Shown piece by piece: positions 37,587 to 51,239 of a DNA stretch of 64,000 bases (the stretch's first letter is position 1; each line of letters begins with the position of its first letter). Location: positions 146,196,001 to 146,260,000 of the forward strand of contig NC_042999.1 in the NCBI RefSeq assembly GCF_006345805.1. The letters are read 5' to 3'. The notes under the pieces are model-generated. The model had not been told where the DNA came from and searched no databases. It saw nothing but the letters and a program-made list of their open reading frames with translations. Origin of the DNA: Octopus sinensis. Lineage: Eukaryota. A program made the translations under genes and the position numbers.

Positions 37587-38855
37587 CAGTGAATAAATTG
37601 TTGTCTAAATTATGCAAAAGCGAAATTAATACATCTCATTTTAACAGATATATTTACCAAAATTACATGAAAATATCTTGAAATTCTAAAGAGTAAATTT
37701 ATTCAATAAAATCGCCATTGGCTTCAACCACGACCTCCAAACGACTTCAGAATCTCTTGCAGCTCTGCTGGACAGTCTCCTTGTTTAAGTTGGTATATGC
37801 TGCCATAATCTTTGCTTCCAGTTCATCTTTGGTGTTACAAAAAATTTTGTTGGTCTCTTGCTCAACTGTGCCTCACACATAATGAAGTGGGTTGCAGTCT
37901 GGGGAGTTAGGTATCCAGATGTTAGGGATGGTGTGGTTGCAGAAATTGTCTTACAGCCATGACTGGGTTCTCCTGCTTGTGTGGCATGATGCAGATTCCT
38001 GTTGCCAGACACAGGGTCTTCCAGCAGCCACTCTCTTGACCCAGGGCAGCACTACCTCCTCCAGGCATTTGGTTTAGGCCTCTGAGTTGAGTCTGAGGCC
38101 GTGTGGGAAGATGAATGGAAGCATAATGTTGCTGTCACTAGTGATCACTCCAAACACTGTGATGTTGACTGGATGTTTGATTTTTATCTCTCTTGGTACA
38201 TGTTTTGGGGACACAGCAAGCCAATGGTTGTTCCATGTGCTCATCATCTGATCCTGGCAGAAATTTTTGTTGTCTGAGAGAAACCAAAGCATGTTTGGTT
38301 GGAGGGGATGCTTGAGTTTGTTCAAAAGCTTTGTAGTACAGTCTTTCCTCTTGTCCTTGATGGCTTGGGATAAAAATTGGCCCTTTCTTATCTTGTATGA
38401 GGAATACCGAATGTCTTCATGCACTACCTGCCTGAAGAAACTCAGACACTCCCATGTCCCTGGTGATGGACCTGATTGACTTGGAGTGATCATTGTCAAT
38501 CATGGCCTGGATGTCACCAACAAATTCAGGAGTTCTTTTCTTATCAGAATGTCAGAGTAAGTATTCTGAGCTGCTGTACCTTTGTAATAAACTCTTTTTG
38601 AATCCTCTGCACTGTCCTCAGATTTGCCCCAAACACTGAAATGTTTATATTGGAGCTTCCAGCACAAATACCAAGCAGTACAGCATGTCATTTCCACATA
38701 TTTGGCAGAGTGAATTGCACCACGGTGCTGTTTTTTCTTACAGATAGTGCCCAACTGACCCTACTATACTGTGCAGTCAACAAAATCAAAAGAAAACAAT
38801 GTGCATGTGTGAAATTAAAAATATAAAATGGTGACATTTTACCCATCACACCCTG
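37581..38855 (-). mobile_element. maT (DD37D) Tc1/mariner transposon, decayed, near full length
   Basis: WFLSDNKNFCQDQ...VFGVITSD...VWQQ[E]SASCHTSRRTQSWL*...WIPNSPDCNPL[H]YV*G. 37 residues separate the second and third catalytic positions. Terminal CAGGGT with TA flanks. Confidence 0.88.
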
Positions 38856-39529
38856 TACACACACACACACACATACACACACACACACAGATCTGATTGT
38901 ATATATCTGTGTGTATCTTTCACCAGTGTATTTACTTGAAGGATATAAACTTTGGTGAGGAAACTATTATAAAAGAAAAACAACAAAAAGAAAACGGTAC
39001 TTCACAAAAGAATCAATGAAGTTATTTGTTCTGTATTGAGTTATAAACACCCGCTAGACACTCTGGCCATCAGAAATATATTGAAACATTGATTGACTTG
39101 TTGGAAGCCAATGTAATCAACTATAAAATATACATATAAATATAAAATACAACAATAATGATATGCAAATCAAATAAGACACCAAATTCATGAAATCTGA
39201 AATGTAGAGAAGAGAAATATTTCATCTGTTAATTGCTATAAAACATTTTCTTTCTCTCCTGAATCAGATAACGTTTGTCTAATCAAATTCTCAAATAACA
39301 ATATTTCCTTTTCCTTTTTCTGTATTATATTTGCATTTTGTCTTAACATTTTAAACTTGTAATTTTGTTTATGACCACCTCTATTTAAATAATGTTCTAA
39401 TTAGCATAATCAGTTAGGGGAGGTTAAATTATAACTAAATTACTAATTATAAATCTGAAGACAATTATTATAGATTTACTGATATAAGCTTATCAGTATG
39501 CTGACACATCAAACTGAGTAACTAATATA

Positions 39530-39617
<88 letters not shown>

Positions 39618-39631
39618 TATAAAATATTATT

Positions 39632-39904
39632 TGGCCTGGATGTCACCAACAAATTCAGGAGTTCTTTTCTTATCAGAATGTCAGAGTAAGTATTCTGAGC
39701 TGCTGTACCTTTGTAATAAACTCTTTTTGAATCCTCTGCACTGTCCTCAGATTTGCCCCAAACACTGAAATGTTTATATTGGAGCTTCCAGCACAAATAC
39801 CAAGCAGTACAGCATGTCATTTCCACATATTTGGCAGAGTGAATTGCACCACGGTGCTGTTTTTTCTTACAGATAGTGCCCAACTGACCCTACTATACTG
39901 TGCA
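39632..39904. repeat. 273-bp exact copy of 38503-38775 embedded in (TA)n
   Basis: Sequence appears identical by eye, and the track gives the same 84-aa peptide for both copies. Confidence 0.95.
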
Positions 39905-39907
39905 TAT

Positions 39908-39999
<92 letters not shown>

Positions 40000-40020
40000 G
40001 TGTGTGTGTATTATCTATTG

Positions 40021-40205
40021 TGGAGGCATATGGCCTAATGGTAACAGCAGCAGACTCACAATCAAGGGATTGCAGCTTCAAATCTCAGACTGGGCGATGT
40101 GTATGTTTATGAGCGAAATACCTAAGCTCCACGCAGCTCTGGCAGAAGGTAATGGTGAACTTCTGCTGACTCTTTCACCACAACTTTCTCTCACTCTATC
40201 TTCAT
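40021..40205 (+). mobile_element. OR-type tRNA-derived SINE head
   Basis: Homologous to the minus-strand copy ending at 1284. Confidence 0.7.
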
Positions 40206-40922
40206 GCATCTAGCACATACAAGGGGTTTCCTACTGTTCCCATTTCCCAGATTCACCCACAAGGCATTGGTTGGCCCAGAACTATTGTAAAAGATACTGG
40301 CCAGAAGTGCCTCACTATGAGACTGAACTTGGAATGTTTACCAATTTATTTTTTTTATTATATTGCACTGATATTAAAGTACATTTGATTTATATTTAAT
40401 GTTTTAATGCTGTTACTTTCAAGATTCAGGTTTAACATCAAAATACTTTTACATAGCATAATATGAGTTTTCTTATGGCAATACTGTTCTTCCTTAACAT
40501 TTTTGTTTAGGCATTAACTTTCATAACCTACTCCATCAAACAGTAAATGTCAAGGAAATTCATAGTTTACTGCTATCAAACAGAATACAAATACTTGATT
40601 ACAATATGAAAGAAAAATATTCTCAGGTGTTTTAGAGACTTAATGAAATAAGATGCATGATATTACTTATTACCAAAGGGAATAATCTATCATTGTTGCA
40701 GACTATTTTTACTGAAGAAAAAAATAACATATATTATAAATATAATTGGGATTTGTGAAAAATTTTTGCTAAAGAAATGGGATTTCTTTATAATCATTTG
40801 CCATAATTGCTTGGTGTTACTCGAATAATTGATGCAACAAGAAAACTGTAACTTGAGTAAAACAAAATTTAATTGGCCATTGGCCATTCATATAATTTTT
40901 TTGCCAAACTTGCATTATTTAA

Positions 40923-41148
40923 CCCTTTAGTATTCATGTTATTTTGTCAAAATTAATGCTTTTTTATTCATATTGTTTTGAATTAATTATGCATTATCTT
41001 GTAGCTGTGAGATAATTGTAGCTGTCAGAAAATTATCAATTTTTAGAATGATATTGTAGGGTGGGTGTGAGAAGTAAGATCTGGACAATTTGAGTATAAA
41101 ACAGGTAGAACATTTCGGCCAAGTGTGGCTGGTTTAAATGCTAAATAG
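40923..41148. mobile_element. piggyBac-type MITE
   Basis: TTAA|CCCTTTAG at the left end, degenerate GCTAAATAG|TCAA at the right end. Confidence 0.5.
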
Positions 41149-41316
41149 TCAAATGGAAATTGCAATTTTAGGTTCTGCATCTGTCTTGTGATGAAATCTT
41201 AGCTTTTAAAAAAGAAAAATCTAACAAAAATGGGTTACAGTTCAATTTTGTTGCCTCAGAAACATTTACTCAATTTTTGAGTTTTTCATGACCAGAAATA
41301 TCCATCAACAGATAAA

Positions 41317-41452
<136 letters not shown>

Positions 41453-42112
41453 CTGCTCCAGAATGATCTGGCATTTATTTATGTCTTATATCTAGGGGAA
41501 AAAGTAGGATTTATTTTCAAAACAAAGACAAAGAAACAAATATAAGAAATATGAATTCACAGAGAATGAACCTACTGCCCAATATCTTATCTACCAGCAA
41601 TTTTGCTTTTTGCTAACAAAGTTAATAATTCTGTCCCATACATAAACAGCATAGAATGTGACATTTTGTGATCAGTATATATTCCCAACTCAGATATGTA
41701 GACATTACAAACCAAAAAGGGAAAATTCTCAGCCAATTTAGATGATATTTTTGGACAATTTCATAACTCAAAGTATGATATTGTAGCCAGGGAATCAGCT
41801 GTTTGTAGCCTACCATTGGAAATGTGCAAGTGTCTATGGCTAATCTTCAAATTGCTTTGTTGATGTACTACCATGTAGAAAGACTTCTTATCTTTAAGCA
41901 GTGAGACTTATGGGTAGGGTATAAAAAGGGCTGGGTTCTACCAGACTCATGTACTCTCCCAGACAGATACAAAAAGAAAAAAATTAAGATTTCAATGATG
42001 AATTTACTTCAGAATAAGATACCTAATTCACTATGTTACACTGTTTCCGTCACATTGGTAGTGTAACAGAAAGAAATTTGGGAAATATTTAATCATACTT
42101 AGTTCTGTTTTT

Positions 42113-42408
42113 CATCATCATCATCATCGTTTAATGTCCATTCTCCACGCTAGCATGGGTTGGACGGTTCAACCGGGATCTGGGAAACCAGAAGGCTGCA
42201 CCAGGCTCCAGTCTGATCTGGCAGTGTTTCTACAGCTGGATGCTCTTCCTAACGCCAACCACTCCGTGAGTGTAGCAGGTGCCAGGTGAGGCTGGCAACG
42301 GCCACGATCGGATTCATGCTTTTTACGTGCCACCGGCACAGAAGCCAATCAAGGTGGCGCTGGCATTGGCCATGTTCTGATGGTGATTTTTATGTGCCGC
42401 CGGCACTT
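42113..42408 (-). mobile_element. RTE LINE 3' UTR
   Basis: Reverse complement of the 6891-7175 type. Confidence 0.85.
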
Positions 42409-43764
42409 CATCAGGACTGACTTTATTATTTTTGTTTTTTAATTTTCAGTGGGCAAGAAGACATTGATAAAAAAATATCACATTGAGGGGTTCCAGAATT
42501 GAATTAACTACAGACTTAACCTACAGGTTAGTAAACTTGTGCTTATGTAAGTAACACTATCCATTTTATGTTTAGTATAACTTATTTTGATAAACTAATA
42601 TGTATCAGTAACTTTTATATAATGTTGCAGCAGCAGCATAAGTAATCGTATATCTGATACTTAGACAAGTTCATGACATTACATTGATTAAATTATCGAC
42701 TATTTCAGGAATTCGTGACTTAGCAAACTAGTAGTAAATCCATTTATACAAATAACTGAGGGCTTCATTTCATGTGAACTTTACACAGTTTGAAACAATT
42801 TATATAATACTTTACACGTTTGTTATAGACTATTTGTCTAGAAAATTCCATCTGGTAAGAAGTTATGTATCTGACACGCCAAGTTGCCAACAGCAGTTTC
42901 AGTTTCAGGCTGAGTATTTGAAATTATTTGTGCTACCAAATTTCTGGCATTAATCTTGAATACAACTTGTTTTAAAAAGTTTTTAACTTCTCTAAGAATA
43001 GGCTGTGAGGTAAGAATTTTGCATTGTTACAAGTGTGGTTGTGTGGTATGAAGTTTGCTCTTCTCAATCACATGGTTCCATATTCAGTCCTAATGGACAA
43101 ATGTCTTCTATTATAGCCCAGAGCACATTGGGAAAACTGTCTTCTATTATAGCCCTAGGCACATTGGGCAAATGTCTTCTATTATAACCTTGGACCAGCC
43201 AAAGTCTTGTGAGTGGATTAGGCAGACAGAAACTGAAAGAAGCCAGTCATATATGTATACATATGTGTGTGTGTGTGTGTGTGTGTGCATATATTTATGT
43301 GTGTGTGTGTGGGTGTGTTTTGTGTTTGTATTTGTCCTCCATCACTGCTTGCCAATTGTTGTTGGATCATTCACATGCCTGTAACTTAGCACATTAGCAA
43401 AAGAGACCGACAGAATAATTACCAGGCATAGAAAGAGAAAGAAAAAGTGCTAGCATTAATTCGTTTGACTAAAACCCTTCAAAGCAGTGCTCCATCATAG
43501 CTGCTATCCTATGACTAAAACAAGTAAAAGCTAAATGATTAAAGAATGATGACAATGACATAATTCAAAATGGGGAAAGTCTAAAGTAAATATTATAACC
43601 TAATTGATATGCACTGCTCCTGTATGGCCTGTGCCATAAGAATTAAAACAAATTTAAGATATATTCTTTTATTTATTTTTGTCAATGGCCTGCAGCCATG
43701 CTGAAGCAATACTTTCTAGGATTAGTTGACAAAATTGACCCTAGGACTTACTTTTTTTACATCT

Positions 43765-45385
43765 GGTTCCCCGATCCCTTGTCTGGTGGTCAATGTGGAA
43801 ACTAAGGATAGACAAGTGGTTGTTGAGGAGTACAAGTCTTGTGCAAAGATGCTACCAGTGAGATGAGGATGGGTAATGAGTACAGTGAGGAATTCAGGTT
43901 ACAAGTAAGGGTTCACCAAGGATCGGTGTTCAGCCCCCACTTCTTCATCATAGTCCTCCAGTAACCAAGGAATTCAAGAAAGGCTGCCCCTGGGAGCTCC
44001 TCTATGCTGATGACCTTGCTCTTATAGCTGAATCATTACCAGAACTAGGGAAGTTCCAGGTATGGAAGCAAGGTCTAGAATAAAAGGACCTTAGAGTTTA
44101 CTGAGCAAAAACCAAAATGATAGTAGGAAGGCAGACAAATTTCAAATCTCTTCAGTTAGATAGCCCTGCACAATGTGTTGAAAAGGTGTAGGTAGAAACT
44201 CCATAAAATGCACCCAGTGTAAGCTTAGGACACATAAAAGGTGCAATAACATCAGAAGGTGGTTTACAGGAAAATTAGTTTTTGTATGTGGAAGATGCAC
44301 AGGTACAATAATCGCTAAAAATGTGCAGAACATAGATTCCATCAACTGCCAGGGAGACAAGCTAGAGCTAGTAAATAGCTTCCATTATCTAGGCGACCAA
44401 GTTAGTAGTGGACGTGAATGCTCCAAGAGCGTAGCTGTGAGAATAAGATTTGGCTGAGCAAAGTTCAGAGATCTACTCCTGCTGGCAACAAAGAGACTCT
44501 CTCTCAGAAAGAAAGGCAGATTGTTTGATGCCTGTCTGCGAACAACTATGATGCATGGCAGTGGAACATGGGCTATAACAGCCAAGAACATGCATAGGCT
44601 TGAAAGAAACAGAGCCAGTATGCTTCACGGCATGTGCAATGTTAGTGTGCATATTCAACAGAGTGTAAGCATCTTGAGAGAAAAGTTAGGCATAAGAGGG
44701 ATCAGATGTGATGTACAAGAGAGATGATTGCACTGGTATGGTTATGTGATGCATATGGATGAAGACAGCTGTTTAAAGAAGTGCTGATCTCTAACTGTGG
44801 AGGGAACCTATGGTAGAGGTAGACACAGGAACACATGGGACGAGGTGGTGAAGCATGATCTTTGAACTTTGAACCTCACAAAGGCAATGACTAGTGACTG
44901 AGACCTCTGGCAATGTGCTGTGCTTGAAAGGACCTGTCAAACCAAGTGCATCCGTGCTAGTGGCATGTAAAGAGCATTTATTGAGCATTGGGCCACACGG
45001 AGGCAGAGTGGCTGAGTTCTTTTTGAGTGATGGGCTTCACGGAGGCAATGACCAAGACCTTTGGCATTGTGTCATGCTTGAGAAAAAGACCCATTAAGCC
45101 AAGCAAAATCATAGTCATGACAAATACTGGTGTCACACAAATTGGTACCCATACTGGTGACATGTAAATGCACACTAGTGCCATGCAAATGACACCTATA
45201 CCAGTGGCATGTAAAAGCACCTATTACACAATTGGAGTGGTTGGCATTAGGAAGGGTATCCAACCATAGAAAACCTTGCCAAATCAGACTGGAGCCAGGT
45301 GCAGCCTTTCAGCGTGTCAGCCCAGTCAAACCGTCCAGCCCATGCCAGCATGGACAATGGATATTAAATGATGATGATAAATGAT
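43765..45385 (+). mobile_element. 5'-truncated RTE LINE, decayed
   Basis: [77 protein letters not shown], 3' UTR and (GAT)n. Confidence 0.9.
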
Positions 45386-46960
45386 GATAGTACTCAATCT
45401 CTTTGTCTTTTTTATTCAACTGTTGAGTTAAAGGGATGTAAAGAAACCAACAGGATATCAACAGGATGTAAACAAACCAAATGAATGTAAACGAACCAAC
45501 TCACAAGGCATTGGCTAGCCCAAGGCTTTAGTTGAAGACACCTATTCCAGATGTCATGAAGATTTAGTAACAATTTTTCTTCCCCACTTTTTTTTTTTTT
45601 TTGCTTTCACAGTTGAAATCTCTTACTGGTGTTTGATTTTTTTTTGTTCACCTTCACTCCAAGATTGATAAAATAGGTACCAGATTTCTATTGCTTCTCA
45701 ATGAAGGGATTTAATACTTGAAAATAAACTGCTGTATCCCACTAAAAATCACTCTTTGCTGTTATTATAAAGAACTCCTTGGATAATGCAGGCCAAGGAC
45801 ACTATTCTTGAACATGTGTCTGGAATGCATCTGAATATGGTTCTGTACTGTTAGAGCTGACCTGGAGTTAAAAAGCAACAAACAAAACTTAAACATGCGC
45901 TGATGTAATTAAATAAATAAGTAAATAAATAAATAACAGAATAAATAAAATTTATATAAAATTTTGTTCAGTTGTTCTCTGTTCAGATCTCACTGGATCA
46001 CTTTCATCTTTCAGGGCATGGCTGTGTTGTTAGGGAGCTTGCTTCCTAGCTATATGGTTTCGGGTTCAGTCCCACTGTGTGGCACTTTGGGTAGGTGTCT
46101 TCTGCTATAGCCTCGAGTCGACCGAAGCTTTGTGATTGAATTCGGCAGGCGGAAGTTACTGCCGTGTGTGTATATGTACGTGTAGGTGCTTGTGCCTCTC
46201 CGAAAGAGAGAGAGAGGGATGCTGGCAAAATTAATTTCTAACTTGGAGCAACACTGCACCTAAGTCCCATTTCTAATAATAGTAAATTCAGTTTAGCAAA
46301 ACTCGATATTTGATTGGTCTTTATTTTATCAGAAATAAGGTGTAGGATATCACTAAACAAAAAGATGCCTCACAACACACCACAAGGCACTTCATCCAAT
46401 GTCCTACCAATTCCACTTACACACCATCATTTGATGTTGATAATATTAATACTAATAACTGAATTAGCTGTGTTGATTCTAATTACTCCCCTACAAAACT
46501 TGGTCTTAAGCATAGTTGACTTCAGAGTGAAAACTACCAACACTGTAGGTTTCTAAAGTTAGACACATTTATATTAATTAGTCTTAATCAATCCAGTTCT
46601 AGTTAGCTCTCAAGAACACTCAAACAATGACTCACAGGAATGTATTCCCAGGATTCTGTTGTTCTTATGGGAGAATAAGAATGAGGTGAAGGAAACAAGA
46701 TCTGAAGAAACAATAAAAAAAAAAGCAAAAAGGCATCTTGACAATTAACGTTCTTTGCAATTAGTGAGTAATATTTCTCTCTTCGCCCAACTTGATTGAT
46801 CAATTTAAACTAAAACCCATATAAACTTCATATGCAGTATATATACTCACCTACTCAAAAAACACCCATATGTCAGTTCTTTATTCATGTAATGTGTTTT
46901 TGTTCTAATGTATAAAAGAAGGCATTTATATATGTGTGTGAGTGTATACGTGTATATGTA

Positions 46961-47500
46961 TACAAGGGATGTTTATTAAAGATTTCCCCTAATCCACTTC
47001 CCAAGGACTGGGATAAATGAAACTTGGCATAATTATTAGTCTTTTGCTACATAGCCACCACCAATGGTGACACACTTCTCCCATTGCTTTATGCAGCTGT
47101 GAAGACTTCGTCTGTAGAAGTCAGTAGGTTGTGTCAGGAGCCAAGACTTTACCACGAAATAAGTTCATCATCATCTGAAAAGTAATTCTCCTTTAAAAAA
47201 GACTTCATGGTTGGAAAGAGGTGAAAGTCAGATGATGTGAGGTCAGCAGAGTAAGGGGGATGAGGATGGATTTCATAGCTGCAAGAGAGGGGTTTCATCT
47301 GGGCAACATGTTCATTGTGAACTGGAGCTGTGTCTCGGAGGAGGTGGACTCTTTTGGTCAGCATGCGATGCCTCTCTGCCTCAATGGTACCCTACAATTT
47401 CTGCAGCAGGGAAGCATAATATTCCCCTTAATTGTGGTGCCCTTTGCCAGAATATGTCAATGTCACCAGCCCCCTTCCACATGCACATACACGCTCTCAC
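46961..47500 (-). mobile_element. mariner (DD34D-type) transposase C-terminal remnant with TIR
   Basis: LLRDTAPVH...HPHPPYSADLTSSDFHLFPTMK...FSDDDEL. TA|CAAGGGATGTTTATTAAAG terminus. Confidence 0.85.
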
Positions 47501-48318
47501 ATACACATGCACACGCACCTTCGTTTTGAGAACACCACTACTTTATTATCTCCCCTTCATCCTAGCTCTCCTGTGTGACCCCTTGGTCCGGCATTTGTCA
47601 TGATAGATCGCTAGCCACTATACTTTTTTCTATTTTCTCTCCCCGTTTATTTCTGTGTTCCTTTCTGTCAAAGAGTGTAGGTTAAAACCGTAAAAAACTT
47701 TCTCACTTCCCGAGCGTTAAACAAACATATCTGTTTGTTGTTTACACACCCGTCTTCATCTTTTGTTTTTTGTAAATTCTCACTTAATAATATATTTACC
47801 CACTACTGAAGGTGAATGATACACATCTATGTGTGTATTTTTTTTTTGTGTGTGTGTGTACATACAGCTTTTATCTCTTATATTGTACTTGTTCCAGTCA
47901 TTAGACTGTGGCCATGCCTTAAAAAAATTTTAGTCAAGTGAATCAACCCCAACATGTATTTTTTAAAGCCTGGTATTTATTCTATCAGTTTCTTTTGTCA
48001 AACCACTAAGTTGTTGAGCAGTGGTGGGAGACAAACACAGAAACAAAGACACACAACACACACACACACACACATCTATGAAATCTCACAATGCTTTGGT
48101 TGATTTGGGGCTTTAGTACAAGGCACCTGCCCACTGTGCCACATTATAGGTCTGACCCAGTACATGTGGTTGTGAAGCAAACCCATGAATTTATATATAC
48201 ACATACATATATACACATACACATGCATCACTTAGTGATGTTCTAAACAAGCTCAGTCTCAATATTCGAGCTATGTTAAAGTCTTGTATTTCTACAATGT
48301 AATCTATAAAGTCACATA

Positions 48319-49380
48319 CAAGGTATTTGGGCTAAATCTATTCACGAACACCTTGAAGTATTGGGGAACAGTTAGTGTTGTTGGAGATACTAAAAAATTA
48401 ATGTTGTAGTTGGGAAAATGTTAGCTGACATGGAGCACTGGAAGCCACCTGAATACTGTAAAAGAGTTACCTGTATCATGATAATTTGCACCCGGTATCA
48501 ATATCCCAACCTGCCATTCAAGAATTTGGACCTGGAGATCTCCATTTCCAGCGACTTCGAGGGCCACCTCCCAGTGGTGTCAGGCATCAATGAAGAGCCC
48601 TCGACTACAACAAGACGACCAAAGTATTTTTTTTTCCAAGGTCTGTGGTCTCCCGCCCCTAAGCCCTAGACCATCACCTAATCACCCTTACCCGTCTTGT
48701 TGCTTAACAACAACTACAAAAAATACCAACCTCATGGACTGCTGCTTAGGGCTCTATGAATGCTGTAAAGGCTGTAAGAATGTTATGGACAGCTGCAAGG
48801 GAGTCTATGAAGCTGTAGCCATCAGACAGCAATACAACAGGCATTCTGACTGTGTCTACACACCAGAATTCATCCCCACATCTTTGAACAGGGCCTTAGG
48901 CTCAGTGAAGATTGTTATGCGAAGCTGCTGGAAAATGTGATCAATATCTGGTTCAAGAGGGCTGTTGCTAGAAGGCCATATGTGTGGTAGAAGGGTTTGG
49001 CTTCTTACCATAGTTGTTAGAGAATTTCTATGATTTCACCAGCCTCAATTTCTGGCTTCTTGATTCCCCTTATTTTAATCTCATGGATTACTGTATGTAA
49101 GGCATAATTAAGAAGGACACCAGCCACTCAACCTGAAATACCTAGGTCAAGCTAGTGGCCAAGATCAAGGAGGTGTTTGAAGATCTTCCCAAGGACTCAG
49201 TGAGCAATGTGTGCACCAGATCCTGGAGCCATCTTGAGATTGTGGTGGATGCTGAGTACAACTTCTTTGTGTAAACTGTTATCTCCCAGCCATAATCTAT
49301 TTTTGGATAGGTTATTGTGCTTTCTTTTCTGAGCACCCTGTAATGTGAAAAATTATTAAAACAATCGATATGCAAAACTC
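48319..49380 (+). mobile_element. Decayed maT-type transposon
   Basis: TA|CAAGGTATTTGGGCTAAAT TIR. 48800-49300 is colinear with 20840-21310. ORFs 48418 and 48590 are off-frame reads of it. Confidence 0.7.
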
Positions 49381-50199
49381 AGAATATCAAAAAATTGTTT
49401 TCTGTGTTTCACATGTGCGTGTGTGTGTGTGTGCATGCATGTGTGCATGTGTGTGTGTGTGTTTATATTTATCTTCTACTTGTTTCAGTCATTAGACTGT
49501 CGCCATGCTGGGGCACTGCCTTGAAGAAGTTTTAGTTGAATGAATCAACTCTAAGGCTTACATTTTTTAAAGCCTGGGACTTATTCTATTAGACATTTTT
49601 ACCAAACTGCTAAGCTGCAAGAATGTAAACACACCAACATCAGCTATTAAGTGATGATGGGGGACAAATAGAGGTATAAATCACTCACACATATGCACAC
49701 ACACACACATACACACACACACACACACACACATCTGCACCTATACCGCCTGCAAAAAGCACCTACTACACTCTCTTGGAGTGGTTGGCATTAGGAAGGG
49801 CATCTATCTGTCGAAACATTGCCAAATCAGATTGGAGCCTGGTGCAGCCACTGGATTTCCAGACTCAGTCAAACCATCCAACTCATGCCAACATGGAAAA
49901 CAGACATTAAATGATGATGATATATATATATAAATATAATATATATTATATTCTGTTGTGTCTGGGGAGAGTAATTTTCTTTTTGTGCCTTATAATATAA
50001 CACATTCACTGGTAAAATTTCCACTTATTTCTTATTTTTATTTTCCTAAAATTTTCGCTGCGTCTTGCAACCTTTTCAGACACAACAGAATATGCTTCAA
50101 CACTCGAACTCATATAAAGAATCTTGCAAACCAAATCCCAAAACGAAATATATATGATATATATATATTTGCATATATACATATATATATATAAACATA

Positions 50200-50532
50200 T
50201 GCCACCCTACTGGCACTTGTGCCGGGGGCACGTGAACAAAACATTCAAGCGAGATCGTTGCCAGTGCCACGGGACTGAATCCTCTGCAGGTGGCACGTAA
50301 AAAACACCATTTGAACGTGGCCGTTGCCAGTACTGCCAGACTGGTCCTCGTGTTGGTGGCATATAAAAGCACCCACTACACTCTCGGAGAGGTTGGCATT
50401 AGGAAAAGCATCCAGCTGTAGAAAATCTGCCAGATCAGACTGGAGCCTGGTGCAGCCATCTGGTTCACCAGACCTTGTTCAAATCATCCAACCCATGGTA
50501 GCATGGAAAGCGGACGTTAAACGATGATGATA
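50200..50532 (+). mobile_element. RTE LINE 3' UTR (three-unit type)
   Basis: Tandem GGCACGT/GGCATAT-AAAA-CACC units and (GAT)n tail. Similar to 31480-31760. Confidence 0.8.
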
Positions 50533-50658
50533 TATTTATATATATGTATATATGCATATAATTTCAGCAAAGCAATTTAGATTTAAATGAATATGGTACT
50601 TAGCTTAGATGCACCAGAATTTTTTTATGGTATTACCCATAAAATTATGTGGGGTGAT

Positions 50659-50920
50659 TATAACCAAAAAATAAGCAACAAGAATGGATCGGTAGTTTAG
50701 TACTATTGTTTCATACTATAACAATTTATTAATAGCCAGATGTATTCATTCTTACTATGTAAGGGGATATCCTTAGAGGAAAACTAAATATAGAGTTTTC
50801 CCCTAAGGATATCCCCTTACATAGTAAGGATGAATACATCTGGCTATTAATAAATTGTTATAGTATGAAACAATTGTACTAAACTACCGATCCATTCTTG
50901 TTGCTTATTTTTTGGTTATA
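50659..50920. repeat. 262-bp fold-back palindrome (127-bp arms, 8-nt loop)
   Basis: 50659-50785 vs 50794-50920, 3 mismatches by hand. Confidence 0.95.
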
Positions 50921-51239
50921 TATGCATATATATATATTATGTCACTAACAGTAAACAATGTGAAATACAAAAACAAATGTGTTTAATATGCAAACAACAA
51001 GAGAAACAAATAAAAAAAAAAGGACAAGTAACACAAAGAACAACCCTTCATCAGTTGATAGCTGTTTAGCTACTCCTCCTTTTGAGCACTGAACATCAAT
51101 ATGAGTCTTCGAAGACAGTTGCTGCTATAAGTACCAAAATAATATTTGGGATTTATGGGGGTGGGGGGTCAAAGATGGGAACAAAAACAGGACAGTGGAG
51201 ACATACAAGGAAACTGAACAAAAACAGTGGGAGGAAAAA

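Noticed and set aside
43090-43190. Three 38-nt direct repeats resembling a CRISPR-like array
   Set aside because: It is a tandem triplication of the SINE A core with no unique spacers, in eukaryotic DNA.
46314-46556. 80-aa plus-strand ORF with hydrophobic stretch
   Set aside because: Starts at a non-ATG codon, has low-complexity AT-rich codons and no recognisable family.
48590-48940. 116-aa Cys-rich ORF
   Set aside because: It lies inside a decayed maT transposon, colinear with the 20840 copy.
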